Source: Chloroflexia bacterium (GTDB taxonomy: Bacteria > Chloroflexota > Chloroflexia > DTKN01). From it: 64,000 nt of DNA. The position numbers were made by a program, and so were the translations under genes. This document shows positions 39,621 through 49,639 of this stretch, one piece after another (position 1 is the first letter of the stretch; the number at the start of each line of letters is the position of its first letter). The DNA is taken from NCBI GenBank assembly GCA_036172265.1, contig JASFBA010000021.1:4158-68157 (forward strand), written 5' to 3'. Below the pieces are notes generated by a model. The model was not told where the DNA came from, did not search any database, and worked only from the letters and a program-made list of their open reading frames with translations.

Positions 39621-41321
39621 ATGGGCGACGGGACGCTGAGCACAGAGATCAGCCCGACCCACACCTACACCGAGGCCGGCGACTATGTCGTGCAACTGAC
39701 CGCCCTAGCCGCTGCCCCCTGCCAGAACTCGGTCTATACGACCACGCTCCACGTCCGCTACCGTACCTTCCTGAGCGTGGCCTACCGGGCGGCGGATCCG
39801 TCCGTCCCCTACCTGGAGGTGGAGACGCTGGCCGTGTCCTCCACCGGTCCGCACCAGGCCGACGGGCAGGATGTGGCCACCATCGTGGTCACGGCCACAG
39901 CAGCCGACGGAAGCCCGGTGCCCGGCCGGAATGTGGCGGTGGAACTGTATGCCGGGGAGGACCTTGGGGGCGCCTACCCGGCCACCGATAACGGCGACGG
40001 CACCTATACCGCCCAGGTCACCTCCACCGTGGCGGCCGACTTCCTGGTCTTGGCCGTCGAGTACGGCTCCCACCAGGTGGCCACCACCACCCTCTCCTTC
40101 CTGCCGGGGACACCCCAGACCATCGCCTGGGTCGAGGTGGTCCGGCCGGCCGACACAATCACTAAGGATACCGCCCTCCTGACGGCCGTGGTGGAGGATG
40201 CCTGGGGCAACCGGGTGCCGACCACGACTGCTCCCATTAGTTTCACCACCGACTTCGGTTCCCTGGTCTCATGGGAGGAGGAAGGCTATTACCACGCCCG
40301 CGTCCAAGCCACCGACTATGGGGTGGCCCATGTCCAGGCCGCCGGTTCGGTCGTTGGGCCCTCCCCGGCAATGACCGAGGCGGCTTTCTTGCCCCTTTAC
40401 CTCGAGTTCCGCACCATGCCGGGCGTGGGCGGGGAACTGGCCGTGGACGTGATCGTCTGGGCCCCCAAGGCCGACCTGGGGATGTACAACCTGGAACTGA
40501 CCTTTGATCCCCACGTCTTACACTTCAAAGGCATGCTGGACGGCGACCCGACCGATCCGTTCCCTGCCCCCTCTTACTCTATCTCTGGCACAAACACGAT
40601 CGTCTTCCACCAAATAAACTCTGGCGGAGAGCCCACCCCAGAGCGCATCCACCTTGCCACCAGCTTCTTCGACGTCTTCGTCGAGGCAGACCTGACCCCC
40701 CTTTCCCTACACCTGCTGAAAGACGATGTCCGCAGCCTGATGGATGTCTACGGCAACCCTCTGCTGCCCCAGGAACTCTACGACCTCCTGCAGCCCCGTT
40801 TGACCTGGTGGCTGCCCTTTTTCCTCAAATGGCCCAAACCGGTCTGCCTCAAGGTCTGGCTGGCGCCGGGAGCCACGCCGAACCTGGCCGGCCACACTTT
40901 GACGTTGAACGATATCTATTGGCGGAACGTGCCCCGATGCTGCCCCTGGTTCCTTTTCTTCCCGGTTACCAACACCATCAGACCCGTGGACTGGAATAAG
41001 ATCAACCAGGGTCCTCCGCAGTTGGATAGATCGGAGCGGGATGCCCTACGTGCCCGCTACAATCGTGCCCGCTGCATCAACGTCATTTATGCCCCGGACA
41101 ACTCTTTAGGAGGCACCGGCGTCACGATCCCAGGCGACGGCATCATCATAGACGGCGATGCGCTCGCCAACACCCTGGCCCACGAGGTCGGGCACTACTA
41201 CGGGCTGCGGGACCGATATGCAGCCGGGGCTGCAATTAACCTGATGTACGGATACGGCAACCCGGGCAAGTGGATCTTGACGCCGGCCCAGTGCGCCGTC
41301 ATCACCGCGAACGACCCATAG
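39621..41321 (+). CDS. C-terminal continuation of the same gene: PKD remainder, Big-like Ig domains, cohesin-like domain, and a C-terminal metzincin-like HEVGHYYGLRD zinc-peptidase domain
   Basis: Same frame as 39165..39614. The PKD motif continues across the TAG (ATGY*WDMGDGTLS...HTYTEAGDYVVQLTA). HExxHxxGxxD plus a Met-turn-like LMYGY near the C-terminus. Confidence 0.6.
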   Translation: MGDGTLSTEISPTHTYTEAGDYVVQLTALAAAPCQNSVYTTTLHVRYRTFLSVAYRAADPSVPYLEVETLAVSSTGPHQADGQDVATIVVTATAADGSPVPGRNVAVELYAGEDLGGAYPATDNGDGTYTAQVTSTVAADFLVLAVEYGSHQVATTTLSFLPGTPQTIAWVEVVRPADTITKDTALLTAVVEDAWGNRVPTTTAPISFTTDFGSLVSWEEEGYYHARVQATDYGVAHVQAAGSVVGPSPAMTEAAFLPLYLEFRTMPGVGGELAVDVIVWAPKADLGMYNLELTFDPHVLHFKGMLDGDPTDPFPAPSYSISGTNTIVFHQINSGGEPTPERIHLATSFFDVFVEADLTPLSLHLLKDDVRSLMDVYGNPLLPQELYDLLQPRLTWWLPFFLKWPKPVCLKVWLAPGATPNLAGHTLTLNDIYWRNVPRCCPWFLFFPVTNTIRPVDWNKINQGPPQLDRSERDALRARYNRARCINVIYAPDNSLGGTGVTIPGDGIIIDGDALANTLAHEVGHYYGLRDRYAAGAAINLMYGYGNPGKWILTPAQCAVITANDP

Positions 41322-41688
41322 GTTAGGCGTCGCTGGCAAGCCGGCGAAGCGGTTCGCCCTATCCGAAAGTGCCGGGCGGAGGAAACCTCGCCTCGTTCCC
41401 TCTACCGGGGACGGGGAGAAGGAGACCGGACACCGGCAAAATTACCTTATGTTGCACTTGATAAGCGTTCGTCCTTCCACCAAGAGGCCATTTTATCGGC
41501 GATTCCCCCACCGGGGGGCCGTGAGTCAGGACAGCGATGGCGTTTTTGCCCCACCAGGCGAAATTTGCCAGAATCGGCGAGTAAGTAGGCGAAGGCACTG
41601 CCCTCGCCTACCCGGCGGCCGGTAGACGCGGCCGTCCATCCTCATTATAATTGCCTACGGCTGCGGGCAGGACACTGCCTCGGCCCGG

Positions 41689-42015
41689 GTGGAGGTATAT
41701 CCGCCGGCGGTATGTGAACCGGTGGACATCCTTACTTACACGGCCCAGATTTCCGGCTGTATCGCCACCTTTGAGGCGGTGCTGGCCGGCACCGCGCCGT
41801 TCGAGTACCTCTGGAATTTCGGCACCTTCGGCGCCTACACCACAGTGAACCCTGTGGTGAACTTCCAGGCAACGGGCACTTACACCGGGACGCTTTGGGC
41901 ATGGAACTGCACCGGGCAGTACTCGGACACGATGGCACTGGAGGTGCGCGTGGAGTGCGCCCCACCGGTGCACCACTACATCATCTACCTGCCGCTGGTG
42001 CTGCGGAACGGCTAG
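41689..42015 (+). CDS. Small PKD-module protein, paralog of the C-terminus of the 1383-aa protein (ends HHYIIYLPLVLRNG)
   Basis: FEYLWNFGTFGAYTTVNPVVNFQATGTYTGTLWAWNCTG PKD-like. GTG start as per ORF track. The upstream in-frame stretch (TRPSILIIIAYGCGQDTASA) has no canonical start codon. Confidence 0.45.
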   Translation: MEVYPPAVCEPVDILTYTAQISGCIATFEAVLAGTAPFEYLWNFGTFGAYTTVNPVVNFQATGTYTGTLWAWNCTGQYSDTMALEVRVECAPPVHHYIIYLPLVLRNG

Positions 42016-42135
42016 CCAGTCTCTGACAACCGGCTCGTAGCACAGGCTTTGGGGACTGGACAAAATAACCGGATAAAACAGAACGCTCCTGCCGATCCCG
42101 CCTGGACATGGAACGTCCGGCGAGACCTGGAAGGC

Positions 42136-42157
42136 AAGACCTTCGGGTCTTTTCTGT
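42136..42157 (+). terminator. Weak intrinsic terminator (AAGACC-ttcg-GGTCTT + TTTCTGT)
   Basis: Lies downstream of the small PKD gene. Confidence 0.4.
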
Positions 42158-42286
42158 AGGGGCGACCCTCGTGGCCGCCCACCGGGGCAACCACGGGGGG
42201 TGCCCTTACTGGGGATGCTCCGTATGGTCTACCGGGGGGGGCGACCCCTGTGGTCGCCCTCACCTCCCGGAGCAAGGAGGAATGAA

Positions 42287-43141
42287 TTGGGAAACCCCAA
42301 GCGCGCCCTGGTCCTTTCCGGCGGCGGTGGGCGGGGTGCATACGCCTGCGGAGTTTACAAATACCTGGAGGAAGTCGGCTTTGTGCCGGACATCCTGGTG
42401 GGCACCTCTATCGGCGCCCTCAATGCCGCCGCCATCGCCTCTGGGAAAAGCGCTTCTGAACTGGAGCGCCTCTGGTTGAAAACCCGCACCCGCGACATCC
42501 AGCGCTTCTGGCGCCTTCCGCCCTGGCGCTCTATCTACGACACTTCTCCTTGGCGCAAAACCATCTACCGCTTCGTTGACTTTGAACGGCTGAACCAAAG
42601 CCGACAACACGTCCTCATCTGTGCCACCGCCGTAGAAGACGGCGACCTGCACATCTTCGACAACCGGAAAGACATCCTGACTCCCGACCACATCCTGGCC
42701 AGTTGCTCGATCCCGGTGGTCTATCCCTGGACGCGCATCGGGGACATCCATTACTGGGACGGGGCGGTGATGGCCAACACGCCGCTAGGAATAGCGGCCA
42801 ATGCCGGCGCAGAGGAGGCGGTGGTGGTGCTCCTCTCTTCGGTAGGGATGCGGCGACAGGCCCTGCCGCGCCGGCCCTGGGAGGCCCTGGCCACCGTGCT
42901 CGACCTGGCCCTTTCTGCCACCTTCGAGTTCGACCTCAAGCAACTGGAGCGCATCAACCGCCTGGTGGGGGAAGGGTTGGACAGAAGCCACCGAATTATC
43001 CGCACCCACGTCGTCGTCCCCAGCCAGGATACCAGCGTGCTGCGCATCATCCGTTACGATCCGGCGGTCAGCCAACGGCTGATCGAACTCGGCTATGCGG
43101 ATGCAAAGAGGACGCTGGCGGAGAAGATGGGGGCAGCCTAG
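42287..43141 (+). CDS. Patatin-like phospholipase
   Basis: GxGxxG oxyanion motif ALVLSGGGGRGAYACG. GxSxG serine hydrolase motif VGTSIGAL. DGA/DGG catalytic Asp region (HYWDGAVMAN). AAGGAGG RBS 6 nt before the TTG at 42287. The ORF-track start 42200 is unsupported. Confidence 0.75.
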   Translation: MGNPKRALVLSGGGGRGAYACGVYKYLEEVGFVPDILVGTSIGALNAAAIASGKSASELERLWLKTRTRDIQRFWRLPPWRSIYDTSPWRKTIYRFVDFERLNQSRQHVLICATAVEDGDLHIFDNRKDILTPDHILASCSIPVVYPWTRIGDIHYWDGAVMANTPLGIAANAGAEEAVVVLLSSVGMRRQALPRRPWEALATVLDLALSATFEFDLKQLERINRLVGEGLDRSHRIIRTHVVVPSQDTSVLRIIRYDPAVSQRLIELGYADAKRTLAEKMGAA

Positions 43142-43149
43142 ACGGCTGC

Positions 43150-44403
43150 TCAGGCCGAATATCCCCAGGCCAGTTGCCGTTCCATCAGTTCGGCGATGGC
43201 CTGGGCTAGTTTCTCGTCGTCATGGCGGATGACCACCATGCTGCGCTTTTCCATCCGTCCGTCCACAACGACCGGGATGTCGTCGCGGATCTCGGCCACC
43301 AGGTCGCGCTGCAGGAGGATGGCCCCTTCAACCAGGAGGGTCTCGGCGTTCCCTTCGATGGAGAGGCTGGAGGAAGGTCGGTCCACCGCCGGGTTATACG
43401 CGATCGGCTCAGCGTTCAACTGGCGGTAGCGCGAGAGAACCCGTTCGGAGATAGGTCCGGAGTTGACCAAGGCGAAATCGGGGGTGAAGCCGGCGTGCTC
43501 GTGCAGGGCGCGCAGATGGTCGGAGAGAGAATAGCCCTCGGTCTGGCCGGGTTCGGTCATAATATTACAAAGGAAGAGTTTGGCCGCTCGGCTGCGGCGA
43601 AGGGCTTCCACCACCGGTGGGGTCAGGCAGGGGAGAAGGCCGGTGTAGAGGCTGGCTGGCCCCAGGATAACCAGTTCGGCCTGCTCCACGGCCTCGACGG
43701 CCTCAGGGGCGGGCTCCAGGCCGGCCTGGGACTGTCGGGCCAGTTCCTGAAAACCGTTGCCCAAGACACCGGCCTCCTTGATCTTACGTCCCAGGAAAAC
43801 CCGGCGGATGGGGGCACTTTTCTTTTCGGCCCCGACGGCATCCATGCCCACCAGGAAGGTGCCGTCCTCCAGTTCGGCATAGAGGGACACATCCTCCCGG
43901 GTGGGGAAAAGAACCCGTCCTCCGGAGAGGCGCAGTTCCTCCTCCATTCGGGAAAAGATGCGGCTGCTTTCCAGGCCGGTAGTGATGACGCGCACGTGCA
44001 GGTCGCGTCCCTGGCGGCGCAGGGCGCGCAGGAGGAGCACCGTTCCCGTGCTTCCCCCGATGACCACCACCCGTTTGCCCCGCTCGCTGCGGGCGTGGCG
44101 GTAGACCACTTCGGCCAGGCTGCGCTTTTGCTCAGGGGCTAGGGCCGCAAGGAGGGTGCGGCTCAGCCGGTTCAAGGCCAAAAGGATCAGCCCTATCCCC
44201 ACGGCCAGGAACAGGAGGCCGCGGACCAGACGCGGGATGAACTGCAGGGTGAGGTAATAGGTCCAGGCCGGGAACTCTTCCGTGCGGTAGAGTTGCACCA
44301 GGATGTAGGCCACGCCCAGCGCCAGAAGCAGGATGCCCAGGAAAAGGCAGAGCAGCCAGCGCTTGATCTTCATCCCCGGGACGAACCACTTCCAGAAGTC
44401 CAT
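43150..44403 (-). CDS. YvcK/GlmR-like gluconeogenesis factor family protein (UPF0052/CofD-like) with N-terminal two-TM extension
   Basis: RVVVIGGSTG...LVILGPASLYTGLLPCL...LFLCNIMTEPGQT is the YvcK family core. An about 90-aa hydrophobic N-terminus precedes it. Confidence 0.7.
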   Translation of the reverse strand: MDFWKWFVPGMKIKRWLLCLFLGILLLALGVAYILVQLYRTEEFPAWTYYLTLQFIPRLVRGLLFLAVGIGLILLALNRLSRTLLAALAPEQKRSLAEVVYRHARSERGKRVVVIGGSTGTVLLLRALRRQGRDLHVRVITTGLESSRIFSRMEEELRLSGGRVLFPTREDVSLYAELEDGTFLVGMDAVGAEKKSAPIRRVFLGRKIKEAGVLGNGFQELARQSQAGLEPAPEAVEAVEQAELVILGPASLYTGLLPCLTPPVVEALRRSRAAKLFLCNIMTEPGQTEGYSLSDHLRALHEHAGFTPDFALVNSGPISERVLSRYRQLNAEPIAYNPAVDRPSSSLSIEGNAETLLVEGAILLQRDLVAEIRDDIPVVVDGRMEKRSMVVIRHDDEKLAQAIAELMERQLAWGYSA

Positions 44404-44407
44404 CGCC

Positions 44408-46249
<1,842 letters not shown>

Positions 46250-46293
46250 CGCCGACTCCAGACGAAAACTCGGCCTATCGGCCGTGTAGCGGC

Positions 46294-46322
46294 AGTATAG
46301 CACAGGACGGGAGGAGAAGCAA
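46294..46322 (-). promoter_or_regulatory. Putative sigma70 promoter of glmS (-35 TTGCTT, 17 bp, -10 TATACT)
   Basis: Read on the minus strand, about 45 nt upstream of the glmS ATG. GGAG SD 7 nt before the ATG. Confidence 0.45.
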
Positions 46323-46556
46323 ATGGGCAGAGGGAGACCGGAGGGCGAGGCTCCGGCCGAGCCGATAGGGGACGGGATAAGGAGACAAGGAGATGGGGAG
46401 AGAGCAGGGCTCAGGGCGCAGGATCGAGGGAGTAAGCATGGCCCTGTCTCCTAAGCCCTTCTGTGGCAGGTCTGGCTTCCCCTGGGAGGGCGAACCCCCT
46501 TAGCCGAGGCCCTTGTCCTCGGAGCGGGCTGGTCCACTCCCATAACGCCGGTAGCC

Positions 46557-46600
46557 CCGGGTAGGCGAGGGCCAGGCCCTCGTCTACCCGGCCGCTTTTT
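46557..46600 (+). terminator. Orphan plus-strand intrinsic terminator (15-16 bp stem CCGGGTAGGCGAGGGCC / GGCCCTCGTCTACCCGG + CTTTTTCC)
   Basis: Located in the about 400-nt non-coding gap between the glmS promoter and the divergent gene at 46732. Member of the TAGGCGA(A/G)GGC hairpin family. Confidence 0.5.
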
Positions 46601-46731
46601 CCCCCGGCTTAGAAGGAGGCCCATTTCATCTTCTGCTTTCTACCGCCCCTTCGCTTTCCCTTCAAGGCGCCTTCACACCGGTCGGCTATACTCATCTTGT
46701 CGGTAGAAAGAGCGCATTAGGAGGTGAAGCG

Positions 46732-47178
46732 ATGAAGACCTGGCAGAAAGTATCGGCGGGAATGCTCGCAGTGATGACCCTGTTCGCGTTCCTGGTGCCG
46801 GCGGCTATGGCCCAGGAGGAAACTGGCTGCGGGTGGATCTTTGCCCATGGGGCCGGAGAAGCCGTCCTGGACGGGGACGGTACGGCGACCATCCACGGGC
46901 ACGGCGTGGGGGTAGTCTGGGTCACCGGAGCCGAAAACCTGGTGGCCCGCGGCATAGGACGCCGCGTGGACCTGCCCGACGGCACGGTGCGTTTCGAGGG
47001 CTGGCGGGGAACGATCCGCGCTTCCGGGGACGATGTACACATCCGTATGCTGGGCAGCATCATCTCCTTCTACGCCCAGGGCTGCGGCAGCGTCTTCCTC
47101 CGGGGGTACGGCTGGTATCGAACCGGCCAAGGCAGCGGGTTGTGGTCGCCGGCCGGGGACACCGTCCTCCTGAAATAG
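46732..47178 (+). CDS. Hypothetical secreted protein (148 aa, Sec signal peptide)
   Basis: AGGAGGTG RBS. MKTWQKVSAGMLAVMTLFAFLVPAAMAQ signal. Followed by a strong terminator. Confidence 0.6.
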   Translation: MKTWQKVSAGMLAVMTLFAFLVPAAMAQEETGCGWIFAHGAGEAVLDGDGTATIHGHGVGVVWVTGAENLVARGIGRRVDLPDGTVRFEGWRGTIRASGDDVHIRMLGSIISFYAQGCGSVFLRGYGWYRTGQGSGLWSPAGDTVLLK

Positions 47179-47217
47179 GGCCATCTCCATCCGCTGCAGC
47201 GGGCTGCAGCAAACCAG

Positions 47218-47250
47218 AGGGGCGACCCGTTGGGTCGCCCCTTTGGCTTT
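47218..47250 (+). terminator. Intrinsic terminator (11-bp stem AGGGGCGACCC / GGGTCGCCCCT, loop GTT, then TTGGCTTT)
   Basis: Member of the GGGGCGAC hairpin family. Confidence 0.65.
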
Positions 47251-47362
47251 GCAACCGGCCCGGAACCACTTGGCGTAGTTTTGACATAACGGCCCTCTTG
47301 CGGTATAATACACTGGGCCGGGTGGACCGGCCGATTCGAGCGAATGATCGGAGAGAAAAGCG

Positions 47363-48262
47363 ATGAAAGAGATCGAAGAATTTCTGGACTATCTGGAGGT
47401 CGAACGCAAATTTTCTCCCCACACCCTCGCCGCCTATCATACCGACCTGACCCAGTTCCACAACTTCCTGCGGGAACAACGCTCCTTCCAGGGATGGGCC
47501 GGTGTGGCCCGTGAGGACATCCTGGCCTTTATGGTCTACCTAAAGGAGCGGAAGTACACCCCCTCGACCATCGTCCGCCGTCTCTCGGCGCTCCATTCCT
47601 TCTTCGTCTATCTGCTCCGCGAGGGGCGCATCGAGCGCGACCCCTGTGAGGGGCTGGAAATGCCCCAGGTCGCCCGCCGGCTGCCGCGTGTCCTTTCGAT
47701 GGAGGAAGTGGATGAACTTCTGGAACTGCCGGCTCGTTCCAGCACCCCTGTTGCCCTGCGCGACCGGGCCATGTTGGAGGTGGCCTATGCCACGGGCCTG
47801 CGCGTCAGCGAACTGGTGGGGCTGAAACTGGATAGCATCAATCTGACGACCGGCTCTGTCCGCTGCATCGGAAAGCAGAACCGGGAACGCATCATCCCGT
47901 TGAGTGCTACCGCGGTGCAGGCGGTGCAGGAATACCTGGAGATGGGCCGCCCCTACCTGGCCCGCTCTTCCGCCGAGCAACACCTCTTCCTCAACCGGCG
48001 CGGCCGGCCGATGACCCGTCAGGGCTTCTGGCTCATGCTGAAAAAGTACGCCGAGGAAATCGGCCTCTTCGAAATCACTCCCCACACTCTGCGCCATACT
48101 TTCGCCACCCACGCCCTCCAGCGCAAGGCGGACCTGCGTTCCATCCAGGAACTCCTGGGCCATACTTCCATCACCACCACCCAGATCTACACCCAACTGG
48201 CCACGGAGCAACTCCACGAGGCCTACGAGCAGGCCCACCCGCGGGCAGAGGAAGAAAAGTAG
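47363..48262 (+). CDS. xerD: Site-specific tyrosine recombinase XerC/XerD family
   Basis: N-terminal core-binding domain (LEVERKFSPHTLAAYHTDL). Catalytic R...HxxR...Y (LRHTFATHALQ...TQIYTQL). 299 aa. The XerC versus XerD assignment is uncertain. Confidence 0.8.
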   Translation: MKEIEEFLDYLEVERKFSPHTLAAYHTDLTQFHNFLREQRSFQGWAGVAREDILAFMVYLKERKYTPSTIVRRLSALHSFFVYLLREGRIERDPCEGLEMPQVARRLPRVLSMEEVDELLELPARSSTPVALRDRAMLEVAYATGLRVSELVGLKLDSINLTTGSVRCIGKQNRERIIPLSATAVQAVQEYLEMGRPYLARSSAEQHLFLNRRGRPMTRQGFWLMLKKYAEEIGLFEITPHTLRHTFATHALQRKADLRSIQELLGHTSITTTQIYTQLATEQLHEAYEQAHPRAEEEK

Positions 48263-48319
48263 GTGACAATAAGGATCAAGCCGGCCGAAGAGGCCGGTCC
48301 TTTCGGAGGCGGATTCCCT

Positions 48320-49639
48320 ATGACTGCACCCTCTATGGATGTCATCGTCAGCCTGTGCAAGCGGCGCGGCTTTATCTTCCCCTCCAGCGAGATCTACGGC
48401 GGCTTTGGCAGCACCTGGGATTACGGCCCCCTGGGCTCGGAACTCAAGTGCAACGTCAAGCAGGCCTGGTGGCGAAGCGTCGTCTGGGAACGCCCCGACG
48501 TCGAGGGCATTGATGGGGCCATCCTCATGTCCCCGCGCATCTGGGAAGTCTCCGGACACGTCGCCAGTTTCACCGATCCGCTGGTGGAGTGCAAATCGTG
48601 CCATCAGCGCTTCCGGCCGGATATGCTGGAAGAAAAACGCTGCCCGAACTGCGGCGGCACCGACTTTACCGAGCCGCGTCAGTTCAATATGATGTTCAAG
48701 ACCTTTGTCGGGCCGGTGGAGGACGAGGCTTCGGTGGCCTATTTGCGTCCGGAAACCTGCCAGACCATCTTTGTCAACTTTGAAAACGTCCTCAACACGG
48801 CCCGACCGACGCCGAAACTCCCCTTCGGCATCGCCCAGATTGGCAAGGCTTTCCGCAACGAGATCGTCACCGGCAACTTTACCTTCCGCACCCGCGAGTT
48901 CGAGCAGTTCGAACTGGAGTACTTTTGCCGGCCGGAGGACGCCGAACGTATCCACCAGGAATGGATTCAGGAGCGGCTGCGCTGGTACACCGAACTGGGC
49001 ATCCGGCCGGAAAACCTGCGGGTGCGAGCGCACGAACCGGAGGAACTGGCCCACTATGCCGCCGCCTGCTACGACATCGAGTATCGCTTCCCCGACCCGC
49101 TGGGCTGGAAGGAACTGGAGGGCATCGCCAACCGTACCGATTACGACCTGCGCCGGCACAGCGAAGGCAGCGGCCACCCGCTTCGTTACTTTGACGAGGA
49201 GACCGGCCAGCACATCATCCCTTATGTCATCGAGCCCTCCGGCGGGGTGGACCGGGCCGTCCTGGTCTTTCTCCTCGATGCCTATGATGAGGAGATCGTC
49301 CGGGGGGAAAAGCGGGTGGTGTTACGACTGCATCCCCTGCTGGCCCCGATCAAGGTGGCCGTCTTCCCGTTGAAGCGAAACGTCCCGGCCCTGGTGGAAA
49401 TGGCCCAGGAGATCGCCCGGAGTCTCCGCCCGCATATGCGCACCATCTACGACGACACCGGAGCCATCGGCCGGCTCTACCGGCGCATGGACGAGGTCGG
49501 CACCCCCTACTGCATCACCGTGGACTTTCAGAGCCTGGAGGACCGCACCGTCACCGTCCGCGACCGGGATACCATGGAGCAGGACAGGGTGCATGTGGAA
49601 GAGTTGCTGCCTTACCTGCGCGAACGGATTCCATGGTAG
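48320..49639 (+). CDS. glyQS: Glycine--tRNA ligase (alpha2 dimeric type)
   Basis: Class II aaRS motifs (FRNEI, GxGxGxER-like YVIEPSGGVDRAVL) and a C-terminal anticodon-binding domain. The ATG at 48320 follows a weak hairpin after xerD. The GTG at 48263 is an alternative start. Confidence 0.85.
   Translation: MTAPSMDVIVSLCKRRGFIFPSSEIYGGFGSTWDYGPLGSELKCNVKQAWWRSVVWERPDVEGIDGAILMSPRIWEVSGHVASFTDPLVECKSCHQRFRPDMLEEKRCPNCGGTDFTEPRQFNMMFKTFVGPVEDEASVAYLRPETCQTIFVNFENVLNTARPTPKLPFGIAQIGKAFRNEIVTGNFTFRTREFEQFELEYFCRPEDAERIHQEWIQERLRWYTELGIRPENLRVRAHEPEELAHYAAACYDIEYRFPDPLGWKELEGIANRTDYDLRRHSEGSGHPLRYFDEETGQHIIPYVIEPSGGVDRAVLVFLLDAYDEEIVRGEKRVVLRLHPLLAPIKVAVFPLKRNVPALVEMAQEIARSLRPHMRTIYDDTGAIGRLYRRMDEVGTPYCITVDFQSLEDRTVTVRDRDTMEQDRVHVEELLPYLRERIPW

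Noticed and set aside
46250-46303. 18-codon N-terminal extension of glmS
   Set aside because: GlmS requires Cys1 (MCGIVGY) as N-terminal nucleophile after Met removal.
46250-46560. glmS ribozyme upstream of glmS
   Set aside because: No match to the conserved ribozyme core. A good TTGCTT-17-TATACT promoter lies only about 45 nt upstream of the ATG, leaving no room for a ribozyme.
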